Source: an uncultured Chlamydiae bacterium
GTDB taxonomy: Bacteria; Chlamydiota; Chlamydiia; Chlamydiales; Parachlamydiaceae
NCBI GenBank assembly: GCA_963754655.1
Contig: CAVWGN010000001.1
Location: 288,001-352,000 of the forward strand
Reading direction: 5' to 3'
Length of the DNA stretch: 64,000 nucleotides
Under the pieces are notes generated by a model that saw nothing but the letters and a program-made list of their open reading frames with translations, searched no databases and was not told the origin of the DNA. Of the stretch, positions 21,971 through 32,710 are shown piece after piece. The position numbers and the translations under genes are program-made. How positions within the stretch are numbered: the first letter of the stretch is position 1; each line of letters opens with the position of its first letter.

Positions 21971-22641
21971 AATTTGGTAAATTGACCCTTTTCATAGTGA
22001 TAGATCACAGGTGATCCTGTTGCCAATTCAAGGTGGACCACCTCCTGTGGACTGAGGCCATCGAGATGCATCATAATCGAACGGAGAGAATTTCCATGCG
22101 CTGCCACAAAAACATTTTGACCGCGCTCTAAGCAAGGCAAAATATTGTCTTTAAAATAAGGGATGGAACGAGCTGCTGTCATCTGCAAGCTTTCGCCACC
22201 GGGAGGAGGAATATCAAAGCTGCGGCGCCAAATTTGTACCTGTTCTGCTCCATATTTATCAGCCAATTCTTTTTTATTGACTCCTTGCAATTCACCATAC
22301 ATACGCTCATTAAGCTCCCAAGCTCGAATCACGGGAATGGTTTGCGATGCTGCAAGAGGACTATGAATGTGAGCCCATTCTTCTAAGCGACCTTCTCCTA
22401 AATGCAGAATGACGGGGACTTTGCCAGAGTGATGAACAGTCATGACAAGCATGGCGGTCATTTGAGCCCGAATCAGCGTGGAAGTAAAAATGAGGTCAAT
22501 GGGTTGAGTTTGAATGCGGCGTCCACCTTCAAGGGATTCTTCTACTCCCGAAGAGGATAAGGGAATATCTACCCAGCCCGTAAATAAATTATAGAAGTTC
22601 CACTGTGATTGACCATGACGCATGAGAATCAATTTAACCAT
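21967..22641 (-). CDS. gpmA: 2,3-BPG-dependent phosphoglycerate mutase
   Basis: RHGQS, FTGWVD, LNERMYG and AHGNSLR. Confidence 0.97.
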   Translation of the reverse strand: MVKLILMRHGQSQWNFYNLFTGWVDIPLSSSGVEESLEGGRRIQTQPIDLIFTSTLIRAQMTAMLVMTVHHSGKVPVILHLGEGRLEEWAHIHSPLAASQTIPVIRAWELNERMYGELQGVNKKELADKYGAEQVQIWRRSFDIPPPGGESLQMTAARSIPYFKDNILPCLERGQNVFVAAHGNSLRSIMMHLDGLSPQEVVHLELATGSPVIYHYEKGQFTKL

Positions 22642-22923
22642 CTTTTTCCTCTCCTAAACACCATCCTCGCCTAGCATAAATGATTTCATCTTTCACAAGA
22701 AGAGATATTCTTTTTCCTTTAAGAATTTCTTTGTGGTGCTTAGTTTTTGCTTTTAGAGGGCTTATACCATTGATTTTTAATTTTTTATGTTATATTATTG
22801 TCAATTATTAGTTCAAAAATCGTAAAATTTAGGAAATTCTCTGCTAGAAGCTCTTTAGATAAAAGTTGTTTTCTTTGCGCGGATACCAATAGGATTTCCC
22901 TAACCCTTAATTTAGGCCAATTT

Positions 22924-23628
22924 GTGAGTAAGCAACGTTTAAGTAAAGTTCTAGCGGCTGCCGGTGTGGCTTCTCGCCGCGCTTGTGAGGAACTCATTTT
23001 CGATGGGTTAGTCAAGATTAATGAGCAAGTTGTCAAAGTTCCTCAAACTTTAGTCGATTTAGCAGTGGATCGTGTCACAGTGCGCAATCAGTCCATTCAA
23101 AAGGTAGAGAATAAAGTTTATTATCTTCTCAATAAACCTGTCGGGTATATTTGCTCTATGCGACGCAGTGGTCAATCCAAACTTGTTTTGGATCTTTTTC
23201 AAGAAGAAGAACATCGCCTTTTTACTGTTGGACGCTTAGATAAAGATACAGGAGGATTATTAATTGTGACCAATGACGGGCATTTTGCCAATCAAGTGAT
23301 CCATCCTTCTGCCAATATTCAAAAAGAATATTTAGTTAAAACAGATCAGGAAGTGACGCACGATCATCTCGTGGCCATTGGGCATGGAACTTTGGTGGAA
23401 GGCACATTTGTTAAACCGATCAGAGTAGAAAAAGTTCGCCGTGGAACATTAAAAATCATCATCGGAGAAGGAAAAAAGCGTGAAGTTCGCTTGTTACTCG
23501 ATGCCGCTGGTTTAAAAATTGAGTGTTTGACGCGCATCCGCTTAGGAGGGTTACTGCTGGGAGCGTTACCAGTAGGATCTTGGCGCCCACTGACCGAGAA
23601 AGAGAGAAAACTCATTTTTATTAAGTAA
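22924..23628 (+). CDS. rRNA pseudouridine synthase (RsuA/RluB family)
   Basis: S4 domain RLSKVLAAAGVASRRACEELI, LNKPVG, GRLDKDT and EGKKREVR; probable GTG start at 22924. Confidence 0.93.
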   Translation: MSKQRLSKVLAAAGVASRRACEELIFDGLVKINEQVVKVPQTLVDLAVDRVTVRNQSIQKVENKVYYLLNKPVGYICSMRRSGQSKLVLDLFQEEEHRLFTVGRLDKDTGGLLIVTNDGHFANQVIHPSANIQKEYLVKTDQEVTHDHLVAIGHGTLVEGTFVKPIRVEKVRRGTLKIIIGEGKKREVRLLLDAAGLKIECLTRIRLGGLLLGALPVGSWRPLTEKERKLIFIK

Positions 23629-23633
23629 GAATC

Positions 23634-24788
23634 ATGAAATCACAAAAAATGCCCCTTTTAGATCTAGAAAACATCATGCCGTTGCTGATAGGCGTTTGGC
23701 GTCGCTTCCAGAAACTTAGTGGTCCTGCCGATGTCTTACAGACGCGCGAATTTCGTGGGGTGGTGAGTGCTGTACAGCACTTGCAGAAGGTACTAGAGAC
23801 GGGAAATGAATGTATTGGCCAAGATTACTTGGCCAAGCCTGAGTTGCTAGGTGCCTATTTACTGTATTACTGGGTATTGCACTATCAACAAGGATTAGCC
23901 TTGATCAATGAACTTCCCCTTGCTCCTAGGCGCGTTCTTGACTTAGGTAGTGGCCCTGGAGCTTTTGCTTTTGCCGCTTTGCGGCACGGGGCTCGCGAAG
24001 TGATTGCTATCGATCGTAATCCAACTGCACTCAAGCTTGCTAGCGAAATATGCGGACGTTATGGGTTTCCTTTAACAATTCGCAGCCACTCTCTGTTGAG
24101 ATTTCCTTACCCCGTTGAGGGAAAATTTGATTTGATTGTAGTGGGGTATTGTTTGGAAGAATTGTTTCCCGACACACAAAAGGGATGGAATCAAACTCAA
24201 AAAGAATGGATTCAACATTTATTGCAATTTCTTTCCCCGGATGGCAAAATTTTATTTGTAGAAAGTTCCTTAGCGCATTCTAATCAACGCGTATTGGCGC
24301 TGCGCGATCAATTAGTAAAAGAGGGATTTCCCGTACAAGCACCTTGTGTTTGGAAAGGAGAGTGTCCTGCCTTGCAAACTAAAAATCTTTGCTATGCACA
24401 GCGTGACTTTGAAAAACCTTATCTCATTAAGGAGATCCAACGGGCAGCACAAATCAATCTCAGCTCATTAAAAATGTCTTATCTTATTTTATGCCACCCA
24501 CAGGCTAGTTGGCCAACGTTGCCTGATCATCCTCTTTACCGCATTATTAGTCCTTCTATTGACACCCATGCGGGCAAACGTTATCATTTATGTGGAACAG
24601 ATGGAAAAAAAGATCTGGGTTCCCATCTTAAAGAACAAGCGACGGAAGCGCGTGCCTTTGACTATTTAAAGCGAGGCGAACTGATTTCGATTGAACATGC
24701 GCTGGTGAATCAGCAGCATTTTGACATTGTATTGGGCACACGTCTGAAAATTGAGGCTGCGCTCAATAAACCCTTGCCTTTTAGTTGA
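23634..24788 (+). CDS. Rsm22/METTL17-like SAM methyltransferase
   Basis: AYLLYY, VLDLGSGPG and APCVWKGECP...C...C pattern characteristic of the Rsm22 family. Confidence 0.75.
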   Translation: MKSQKMPLLDLENIMPLLIGVWRRFQKLSGPADVLQTREFRGVVSAVQHLQKVLETGNECIGQDYLAKPELLGAYLLYYWVLHYQQGLALINELPLAPRRVLDLGSGPGAFAFAALRHGAREVIAIDRNPTALKLASEICGRYGFPLTIRSHSLLRFPYPVEGKFDLIVVGYCLEELFPDTQKGWNQTQKEWIQHLLQFLSPDGKILFVESSLAHSNQRVLALRDQLVKEGFPVQAPCVWKGECPALQTKNLCYAQRDFEKPYLIKEIQRAAQINLSSLKMSYLILCHPQASWPTLPDHPLYRIISPSIDTHAGKRYHLCGTDGKKDLGSHLKEQATEARAFDYLKRGELISIEHALVNQQHFDIVLGTRLKIEAALNKPLPFS

Positions 24789-24812
24789 TTTCTTTTTCTA
24801 TCTAATTGGCAA

Positions 24813-25286
24813 TCAATTAGATAAATTTAAGTTACTCACCAAAATTTTTTCTATTTGATCATAACGATAATTAAAAATCTCTTGAAGAGTTCTTTTTATT
24901 TTAAACAAATGCAAACCCTTTCCTATAAGCCCAAAAGGCATTTTGTAATAAATAATGTCTGTCATTTCTACTCCTTCAGAAATGGACTTAAACCAATGCT
25001 CATGATGCCAAAATTCATAAGGACCGAAACGTTGTTCATCTATAAAATAATAGGGTTCTTTAACATGTGTAATTTCTGTCACCCACTCAATTGGAAAATT
25101 CCAAAAAGGTTTAATAGTATAGGAAATAATTTGACCCGCATAGATTTTGCTGTTTTCCAAAGAGTTAGTTATTTTAAAATCTAAATAATGAGGAGTAAGT
25201 AATTTTAGATTCGAAGGAGAGGAAAAAAAATTCCAAGTACTTTCTAAAGAAAGAGGGAGTTTTTGGACATATTTCATGTAATACAT
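24813..25286 (-). CDS. SRPBCC family protein
   Basis: WNFFSSPSNL, WVTEIT and FIDEQRFGPYEFWHHEHWF. Confidence 0.9.
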   Translation of the reverse strand: MYYMKYVQKLPLSLESTWNFFSSPSNLKLLTPHYLDFKITNSLENSKIYAGQIISYTIKPFWNFPIEWVTEITHVKEPYYFIDEQRFGPYEFWHHEHWFKSISEGVEMTDIIYYKMPFGLIGKGLHLFKIKRTLQEIFNYRYDQIEKILVSNLNLSN

Positions 25287-25654
25287 AATCAGTCGATTTT
25301 AAAATTGATAATGGCATGGATGCGAAAGAAATCTATGAGTTTTTAGCGAATTCTCATTCCCCCGTCTTTTCAATGCAAAGCTTACCTGCCTCAATAAAAT
25401 AGAAGGCATGCTCTATTATTCCGTCATAATAAAATCATAATCAGTTAGCAAGCAAAATTTTAAAATTAATATAACTTAAGATTGTTTATAAATTTTCTTT
25501 TAAACTAAAAATTTCACATAGGATGAGTTATTTAAAATGAATTAAAATACAAGAAAAATTCTCAATTAAAGAAATCTTAATCGAATATTTATCCTTGATT
25601 GATAGAATAGAGATAAAAAAACTATCTTCTTTTAACTGAGTGATAAGTAAGAGT

Positions 25655-27421
25655 ATGTCCGACATGCAAAAGCAATTTTCTCAAGATCCAAAAACAATGT
25701 TGCAGACAGCGATTGAAGATTTGGATATTTTTACTCAATCAGAAGCTTTGCGTCTAGAGGTCAAAGAAGATGGCCGTTTATTTGCGGCAAAAGAGTCTCG
25801 TTTGGAAAGAGTGATGAGTCTGGCGCGTTGTTACATTGGACCTCTTTTTTCTGATCAGGTGAAAAAAAAGCAGGAAAAGAGGCTAAACGAAATCAAAAAA
25901 GCTATTTTACAAGCGCGAGATATTATTCAAAGCCATTCACCACTGCTTGAAAAATTTAAGGAAGGGGATGAATCGCAACGTAAATGGGCTGAGTCTGCTT
26001 TATTGGCTATTCAGCGCTATAATGCGATTGTAGCGCCATCCTCTGAAACAATGAATTCCGATGTCTATAACTATGAACTTCAACAGCTTTTGTTAGACCA
26101 GGAAATTAAAGGCCAGCAGATTGAATTGCCTCATACAATTTCAATTAAGTATGATTCTCATCCTGATGCTCACCCGGCTCATAAAATGTTGAGAGAATTA
26201 AGCCAAGTTTTCCGAGTAGGAGTTTCTAAAACATCCACTCAATCCCTGACTCCCACGTATAAAAAAACCCTTCAATTCATGATTGATACCTTTCAAATGA
26301 AGGCCATTCGCATGATGCAAAAGCATGTGCAATATTCAATGGCTGAAATTGTATCGCTCGTTAAGCAAACTCCTCCAGAGATTGATGAAGAAAGCAGTAC
26401 GGATATCATTACAATGTGGCAGCTCATTGATGCTGGATCTCTTATTTTGGTTACAGGTTGTTTCAAGCGCAATGCACCTTCTTCTAAATTCATGACAATG
26501 CCTATTTTGGACAGTTTTAGGAGTTTTCCCTTGACTCATTCAGGCTTTCCCTATCCTTCTCAACATACAGGATGGGCTTTAGATGATAAATGGATTGAGG
26601 CATCACCTTTACGTTTTGATCAAGTTCCTTTATTTCATCAACTCAACCAAAGAAGAAAGCGTCTTGTTCATCAATTGATTTTTGATAAGACATTTATTCA
26701 GAAAATGCGCCAGCACTTTAAAATCAAAAGAGAAATTTTTGATCAAAATCGCCATCTCTTTTTGCCCTTGCATCGTCAATTGCAACAAGCTTTACATCAG
26801 GAAATCTCCAAAGACTACAATTGTCTTTTGGATATTTTCTATCAAGAATTAGCTTGCGCTCCTTCTGCCTTTGATATTCTCGTTCGGACACAGCAAGAAT
26901 TTTCAGAGTTTTTCATACAACAGCCTATCAAAGCTTTAGAAGAGGAATGGTTGGGAGTTGCAACCACGCCTTTGCGAATTGGATCTCCGCAAGAAAAGTT
27001 GCAAACCGCTCGCCTAAGATTTGAACAACATTATCAAAAGATACAAGAACAATTTGATTCAACTCATGTCCGCCATGCTTATATGATGCAGCAAGGTCTT
27101 GTATTAGGTCAGGCTTTTCGATCTATTGGGCTACAGTATCAATCAGAAAAAATGGGTTTTTCTCCACCCCTTCTAAATGACTTTGAACGCAAACTGCAAG
27201 TATGTGCTTTTCAACAGTTGCTTGCATTTTTAAATGAGTGCGAACATCGCTTAGATATTAAGGATTCTGATCAAATTAAAAGCGATCTCTTAGCTGCATG
27301 GTCACAAGACTTGAATCTTCTTGAAGGGATCAACAAAGAAGAAAATCGTACTTTACCATGGCTTATCGTCAATGAGCTAGAAGTTTATTTTACTTCGCGC
27401 TTTTATTCACGCCGTTCATAA
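25655..27421 (+). CDS. Hypothetical protein (large, helical)
   Basis: About 590-aa uninterrupted ORF; no recognised domain; ATG at 25655 preferred. Confidence 0.75.
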   Translation: MSDMQKQFSQDPKTMLQTAIEDLDIFTQSEALRLEVKEDGRLFAAKESRLERVMSLARCYIGPLFSDQVKKKQEKRLNEIKKAILQARDIIQSHSPLLEKFKEGDESQRKWAESALLAIQRYNAIVAPSSETMNSDVYNYELQQLLLDQEIKGQQIELPHTISIKYDSHPDAHPAHKMLRELSQVFRVGVSKTSTQSLTPTYKKTLQFMIDTFQMKAIRMMQKHVQYSMAEIVSLVKQTPPEIDEESSTDIITMWQLIDAGSLILVTGCFKRNAPSSKFMTMPILDSFRSFPLTHSGFPYPSQHTGWALDDKWIEASPLRFDQVPLFHQLNQRRKRLVHQLIFDKTFIQKMRQHFKIKREIFDQNRHLFLPLHRQLQQALHQEISKDYNCLLDIFYQELACAPSAFDILVRTQQEFSEFFIQQPIKALEEEWLGVATTPLRIGSPQEKLQTARLRFEQHYQKIQEQFDSTHVRHAYMMQQGLVLGQAFRSIGLQYQSEKMGFSPPLLNDFERKLQVCAFQQLLAFLNECEHRLDIKDSDQIKSDLLAAWSQDLNLLEGINKEENRTLPWLIVNELEVYFTSRFYSRRS

Positions 27422-27535
27422 TTGGTCAATGCACCTTAAAATTTTTAATGTGGGACTGTTTGATTTAATACAAGCACTGGACGTGATCACTGAATTTTTG
27501 CAAATAGCACGTTTTTTTTCTAAAGTGGAAAGGCA

Positions 27536-28792
27536 CTAAGTGGTTGAAATGAAATAAGGCCTTTCTTCCTTTTTGCGATTAAGATACATCTGACAAGTCG
27601 CTAAAAGGCAAAAACTACCTCCCATCAAAAGCACCGTAGTAGCATTAGTGAGATTACACAGAAAGCTTCCCAGTGGAGGAGAAATGCAACCGCGCAGTCC
27701 AATAGAAACGACGTTGACTCCTGTGTAAGTCGAACTGTCTTCTTCTTTGGAGAAAATAGGTCCAGATAAATTCCAGCTTAGCTCACTTCCCGCCTGCATA
27801 AGACCATAGAGAAGATAAGCAGCATAAAGCCAAATTAAGTTCCATTGAGCAGCCATTAATCCCAAAGGAAAAAGAGCTGCAATAGCTGTGACTACTGCAC
27901 TAAACACAAAGATATCCATACGATTCATCATTCTTGTCCAAAGAGGAATCGATAAAGTATATCCTACGCTTTTGCACAGTGTCATAGCAATCGTAAGCTC
28001 TTTGTAGTTCAATTGTAATGTATCAAAGAAGAATTGAGGAAGGGCAGGCTGCCAAAGCATTAATCCGCCCCCTCCCAACATGAAGCCAATTTGAAAGCGG
28101 GCAAAATCGGGTCGTTGTTTGATCAGTTCCCAAGCCTCTTTCCAAGGCTTTTGTAAGTGTTCTTTAAAGGAAAAGGAAGGGACCCTATCCTCTTGGGAAG
28201 ATAGAGAGATTTTGATGGGTAAACTTGCTTGAAAAATGATTGCTCCCAAAGAAAAAAGAGCTGTTAGGGGAAACAGCCAGCGCCAAGCTTGAAAATGATT
28301 ATCCAATAACCAACCGATGACAATGGCCAATAGAGCACCGCCAGCATGATAGACCGCGGATCCATAGGCAAACACCATTTTACGTGAATCTTCGGGAACA
28401 TTCACATTGAGCACTTCCATCCAAGCAGGATTCACACCGCGATGAAAGAGCATATAAATGGCCGATGCAAAAATAAAAAACCAGGGATGGCTAATCCATG
28501 GCACCAATAAAAAGGGAGCGTGTCCCAAAATTCCTGCCCATATAATATTCGATATCAAACGATCGCGACGACGTTTGACTTGTGAACTCCAATACAAAGA
28601 AAAAAGCGAAACAATGGGTTTAAGGCTTATAATGCAGGCAATCTGCCAAGGTGTTGCTTGTAAGTCTTTGCACATGATAAAGGGCAAAAGCGTATACAAT
28701 GCCCAAAAAGGCGTATTTAAAATGCGCGTCCAAGTATAGGCGATGCGCGTTCTACTTAAATAAATATCACAAAGAGTGGATTTTATTGCCAT
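27536..28792 (-). CDS. MFS transporter
   Basis: About 12 hydrophobic helices in two bundles. Confidence 0.8.
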   Translation of the reverse strand: MAIKSTLCDIYLSRTRIAYTWTRILNTPFWALYTLLPFIMCKDLQATPWQIACIISLKPIVSLFSLYWSSQVKRRRDRLISNIIWAGILGHAPFLLVPWISHPWFFIFASAIYMLFHRGVNPAWMEVLNVNVPEDSRKMVFAYGSAVYHAGGALLAIVIGWLLDNHFQAWRWLFPLTALFSLGAIIFQASLPIKISLSSQEDRVPSFSFKEHLQKPWKEAWELIKQRPDFARFQIGFMLGGGGLMLWQPALPQFFFDTLQLNYKELTIAMTLCKSVGYTLSIPLWTRMMNRMDIFVFSAVVTAIAALFPLGLMAAQWNLIWLYAAYLLYGLMQAGSELSWNLSGPIFSKEEDSSTYTGVNVVSIGLRGCISPPLGSFLCNLTNATTVLLMGGSFCLLATCQMYLNRKKEERPYFISTT

Positions 28793-29051
28793 TAAACAAA
28801 TTTTATAAAATTACATCAATACAATGCAACAATCTTGTGACTATTCCATTAAAATAAAATAATTATTTTAAAACTCTCTAGCTGAATCAATTTGAACCTA
28901 TGAGTATAATCCAATCTATATACCCAAATTAGTTTATTAAATTGATGTTTAATAACGCAATATAATTAATTTATGATTTAATGTATTGTTTTTTAATAAT
29001 TAAAAAAATATATTAATGTTAGGTATTATTTTTTTAGAGGAGGAATTGTAA

Positions 29052-30992
29052 ATGATAGTTGATTATGTATCTTCTTATCCAGTGTCACCATCTAGAGACG
29101 TCTATTTTACATTAGGGACGCCTTTGGCTTCTGTGGTAACGAAAAAAAAGTCCTCATTAATTTGGAGTTTAGTCGACTTTAAATCTTCAGCAGACAATGA
29201 GGAGAAATTTTATCAATTATTTTCAAGTCGCATACAAGACATTTTTTCTCTTTTGAAGAAAATGGATACTTCTGAAAATTCAAATGCTTTTTTGCAAGGG
29301 TTTTTCTCTTATCTTTTGTCCAATAAAATCAGTATTTGTTTATCTGATTTTTTACAATATGCCGCCAAATATCAATTGAATTTAGAGAGTATGCAAAAAA
29401 TTTATGTTTTAGCGCAAAATTTAAAAAGGCATGAATCGAGTCGCAACGTTTTATGGAATGCCTTACCAAAGGCGCAGCAAGTTTTTTTACATCAGTTTTT
29501 TTTGTGGTCAGAAGATTTAAGAGTATTGAAAGAACCTATTACTTATCAATGGTTAGGCGATGGGAGAGTGGAACGGATTGAACAAACTGGCCCAATAGCG
29601 ACTGATTTTGGAGATGGTCAATTATTTAACGTAGAACCTGCTTCATCCCTAGGCGAGCACTCTGAATTTCCTTTGACACGTTATCCAGATTGCCAGATAG
29701 TTAAGGCTTCTCCTGATCAAAAACAGCTATCCCAGGTGAATTTAATCACTTCTATGATGACCCTAAATCATGCTGCTATCGGCCGAGTAGCTGAAATTTT
29801 TGATGTGCAAGCATTAGAAGTAGAAATAAAAAAAGGAGAGGAAAAATCGACTCTTTCGATTAATCAATTTTTGGATGTTTTCACCTGTTATCGATCAGCC
29901 CTTTGCAGTGTTTTAGATTTGCCTGTTCATTTGCCTTTTGCCATCGGACGTCAAGGAGAGTGGGCAATTTGGAAGAATAAAAAAGAACCATGGAAAGAAC
30001 AATCTCTTTCTTCATCCATGGTCCAGGATCTTCATCGTCTGATGCAGATGGAAAGAGTATGGAGAATCAATGTTTTTAATGATGCATCATCATCATTTAC
30101 TCCTCTATTTGCTATTAGCGACGATCATCTTTGTGTGGATGGAATTTTGCCGCTTCCCACATTTTTAAGCTCAAACATACAAGAACGGCATCAAAGCTTA
30201 TTTAAAAAATTAAAATTAGACGTTGAGAGTCTTGAGCAATTAGGCAAGCTAGAAGAGGCTACGGAAAAAGAAGAAAAAAAAATAAGCTATCTTATTTATT
30301 GTCTTAAAGGATTAATAGAAAGAAAAAGCTTAACTTTCCAAGATTTGACAACACTAGAGCCACAGGTATTGCTTCTTGTTCGCCTCATGCGTTTAATCGA
30401 TAGAACAACTTCATTGCAGTTCCCTTTGTCAGCCCAAAGCTTTTTAGATACGACAGGTCAAATGTTAGAGGGGTTGATACCAAAAGAATTTTCCGTTCCT
30501 TATACTTTTCAAAAAACTCTAGAACATAAAGGAGAGCATTTAACCGATGTGCTTCTTAATTCAAAAAAAGAACTAACGTTTTTAATGATGTTATATGTAA
30601 TTGAAAAATTTGAGAAAAAAGATTCGACAGAGGAGCTGATTCAAAGTTTGTTGGACATCATTCAAGAGAAATGTCAACAAATAGCAGAGGGGCTCCATTC
30701 TACCTTGTCTCCCACTTGGCCTTTTAAGGAAAGTATAGAAGAGCACTTGATGCTTTTATTTGGAGATGAATTATTAGAGGAATGTAATCAGATTTTGCGA
30801 CAACCTTGCGATGACCACACACATTTATATGACAAATTATTCCTTTTAAGAGTAGCACTCGAGTATCCGAAAGCGGAGATAAAAAATCTTAATCATGGCT
30901 TACAATCAATTTTACACGATGCGATGGTGCAGAAATATTCTCAAGCATTCCTTGTAGATATGCAACAACATATTGGTAAACTCAATTTATAA
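29052..30992 (+). CDS. Hypothetical protein (orphan, candidate effector)
   Basis: 646 aa; SD GAGGAGG; Ser/Pro-rich N-terminus; AT-rich. Confidence 0.75.
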   Translation: MIVDYVSSYPVSPSRDVYFTLGTPLASVVTKKKSSLIWSLVDFKSSADNEEKFYQLFSSRIQDIFSLLKKMDTSENSNAFLQGFFSYLLSNKISICLSDFLQYAAKYQLNLESMQKIYVLAQNLKRHESSRNVLWNALPKAQQVFLHQFFLWSEDLRVLKEPITYQWLGDGRVERIEQTGPIATDFGDGQLFNVEPASSLGEHSEFPLTRYPDCQIVKASPDQKQLSQVNLITSMMTLNHAAIGRVAEIFDVQALEVEIKKGEEKSTLSINQFLDVFTCYRSALCSVLDLPVHLPFAIGRQGEWAIWKNKKEPWKEQSLSSSMVQDLHRLMQMERVWRINVFNDASSSFTPLFAISDDHLCVDGILPLPTFLSSNIQERHQSLFKKLKLDVESLEQLGKLEEATEKEEKKISYLIYCLKGLIERKSLTFQDLTTLEPQVLLLVRLMRLIDRTTSLQFPLSAQSFLDTTGQMLEGLIPKEFSVPYTFQKTLEHKGEHLTDVLLNSKKELTFLMMLYVIEKFEKKDSTEELIQSLLDIIQEKCQQIAEGLHSTLSPTWPFKESIEEHLMLLFGDELLEECNQILRQPCDDHTHLYDKLFLLRVALEYPKAEIKNLNHGLQSILHDAMVQKYSQAFLVDMQQHIGKLNL

Positions 30993-32411
30993 ATTCAATA
31001 AATCATTAGCAAGATGATAATTGACTTCAAAAGTGAAGCGCAAAGCTTCGCTAATAAGAGCTCTTAGTTGAGATTCGGAGAGAGTCTTTAAATGAGAAAA
31101 TTTATCATTGGTAAATGACTCTAAAGCGTTTGCGATGCTTTGGGGAAGTGTAAAATGTTCTTCCCATGCCTTGACCATAGTTGGATCTTTTAGCACTTCT
31201 AAATCGCATATTTCTAAAAACTGACTAAGGGATAATCGCTCATCAATAGAAAGTTGGAGGTGATTTTCCCCTAATGCTTTTGTGAAATCGAGAAGAGTAG
31301 AAGATTCATTTTTCTGTCCTTCTTTACTTGCAAATCCAATAGTTCGTATAACAGGTTTAATAGGATCTTCAGGCCCAATAAGAGGCATCCAAATAGATGT
31401 TTCATAGATAAACCCTCCTGATCTTGAACGATAGTTTTCAAGACGTTTCCAATGCTCGATCTCTGTTGTAACTTTTTTTTGATCCAAAGCAGGATTATGT
31501 TCAGCTTCTTGAAGTTGCGTTAGGATCCGCTCGTAATTTTCTTTACCTTTAGCGATCGAAGTCTTTGTACGATAAGATAAAGTATCATCTGCCAGATAGT
31601 TAAAAGCCAATCTCAAACCATCCTTATGAACTTGCGTATTGGTAATTAACGATCGATTATTAAAAAGATCATCTATTAAAGCTTTAAAATTTTTAAAATC
31701 TTTTTCTTCTAATTCACCTGTTGCTTGTTGAATAAGTTGTGCATACAGCATCAACAAATCTTCATTATGCTTATCCTCTATTAAGGGAAGCTCGCCGTCT
31801 CGCAAGCTATTTAAATTGGCTTGACGCGCCTGATGGGCAGCGGTAAGAAAATTCCTTAAAAGAGAATAAACTTGTGGGTTAATACAAACTTGTATGAGGG
31901 ACTGAACGATTGGAATTTCTATTTTACGTTTTCGGCCATATAGCAAAGCTAAATCATTAAAGCCTTGAATAAAAGTAGGATTGTCAATGATTTTTGCGTT
32001 TAGTTGTGGTTTAGTCTTAAGGGCCTCTTTGAGGAGAAAAATATTTTCGATTTGATTTTTATACTGACTGATAGCAATGAGCTCATCTTTAATCCCACTT
32101 TGCTCTAATGGGTTGGTTTCATTTTTGAGTAAAATATTTAAACCCCTAATTGCCCCATCAATTTCTTTTTGAGCATTAGAAAAAGAGTCCATTTTCACTA
32201 CATCACGCATTAAAATTTTGACGGAATTAAAAATTTCTTTATGAGGATTAAAAGACCAAGATTTTAAATATCCTATTCCCAGGCATTTTTTCGCGAGTTC
32301 GGTGATAGTTTCTGGGGTTCCTTTTCCTGAAAAATGATTAAGTTCCATTAAAAATTTATGGGTAGGCTGAGTGTTCGGGTCAGGATAATGTGAATAATGA
32401 CTAGAGTCCAT
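30987..32411 (-). CDS. Hypothetical protein (orphan, candidate effector)
   Basis: SD AGGAG 5 nt before the ATG at 32411; N-terminus MDSSHYSHYPDP; preceded by a sigma54 site. Confidence 0.75.
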   Translation of the reverse strand: MDSSHYSHYPDPNTQPTHKFLMELNHFSGKGTPETITELAKKCLGIGYLKSWSFNPHKEIFNSVKILMRDVVKMDSFSNAQKEIDGAIRGLNILLKNETNPLEQSGIKDELIAISQYKNQIENIFLLKEALKTKPQLNAKIIDNPTFIQGFNDLALLYGRKRKIEIPIVQSLIQVCINPQVYSLLRNFLTAAHQARQANLNSLRDGELPLIEDKHNEDLLMLYAQLIQQATGELEEKDFKNFKALIDDLFNNRSLITNTQVHKDGLRLAFNYLADDTLSYRTKTSIAKGKENYERILTQLQEAEHNPALDQKKVTTEIEHWKRLENYRSRSGGFIYETSIWMPLIGPEDPIKPVIRTIGFASKEGQKNESSTLLDFTKALGENHLQLSIDERLSLSQFLEICDLEVLKDPTMVKAWEEHFTLPQSIANALESFTNDKFSHLKTLSESQLRALISEALRFTFEVNYHLANDLLNL

Positions 32412-32476
32412 AGCCACTCCTTTGCTTTTTTAAAGACTGATAAAGCAACCATCCTTTGAGAGTTTGCTTGGGATTA

Positions 32477-32492
32477 TGCAAGAACTGTGCCA
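32477..32492 (-). promoter_or_regulatory. Sigma54 (-24/-12) promoter
   Basis: Minus strand reads TGGCACAGTTCTTGCA, matching TGGCAC-N5-TTGC, about 65 bp upstream of the ATG at 32411. Confidence 0.8.
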
Positions 32493-32710
32493 GAAAAGAC
32501 GAAAATTCAATTTTTTGAATTCCTTTAATAGTCTAAGAGAGATTGGAAAGGGGAGACAGATAGGTGGAAAATTTTAAATAAAATCAAATGTCTTTAGTAC
32601 TCGTTTACATGAGTTTTTGCCTATTGGCACTGCTTCAAAGCCCGGGGTTGGGATGAGATGATTTTCTTGTAGTCCTTCAGACTACATGACGAGGGCTGAT
32701 CTAACCCAGG

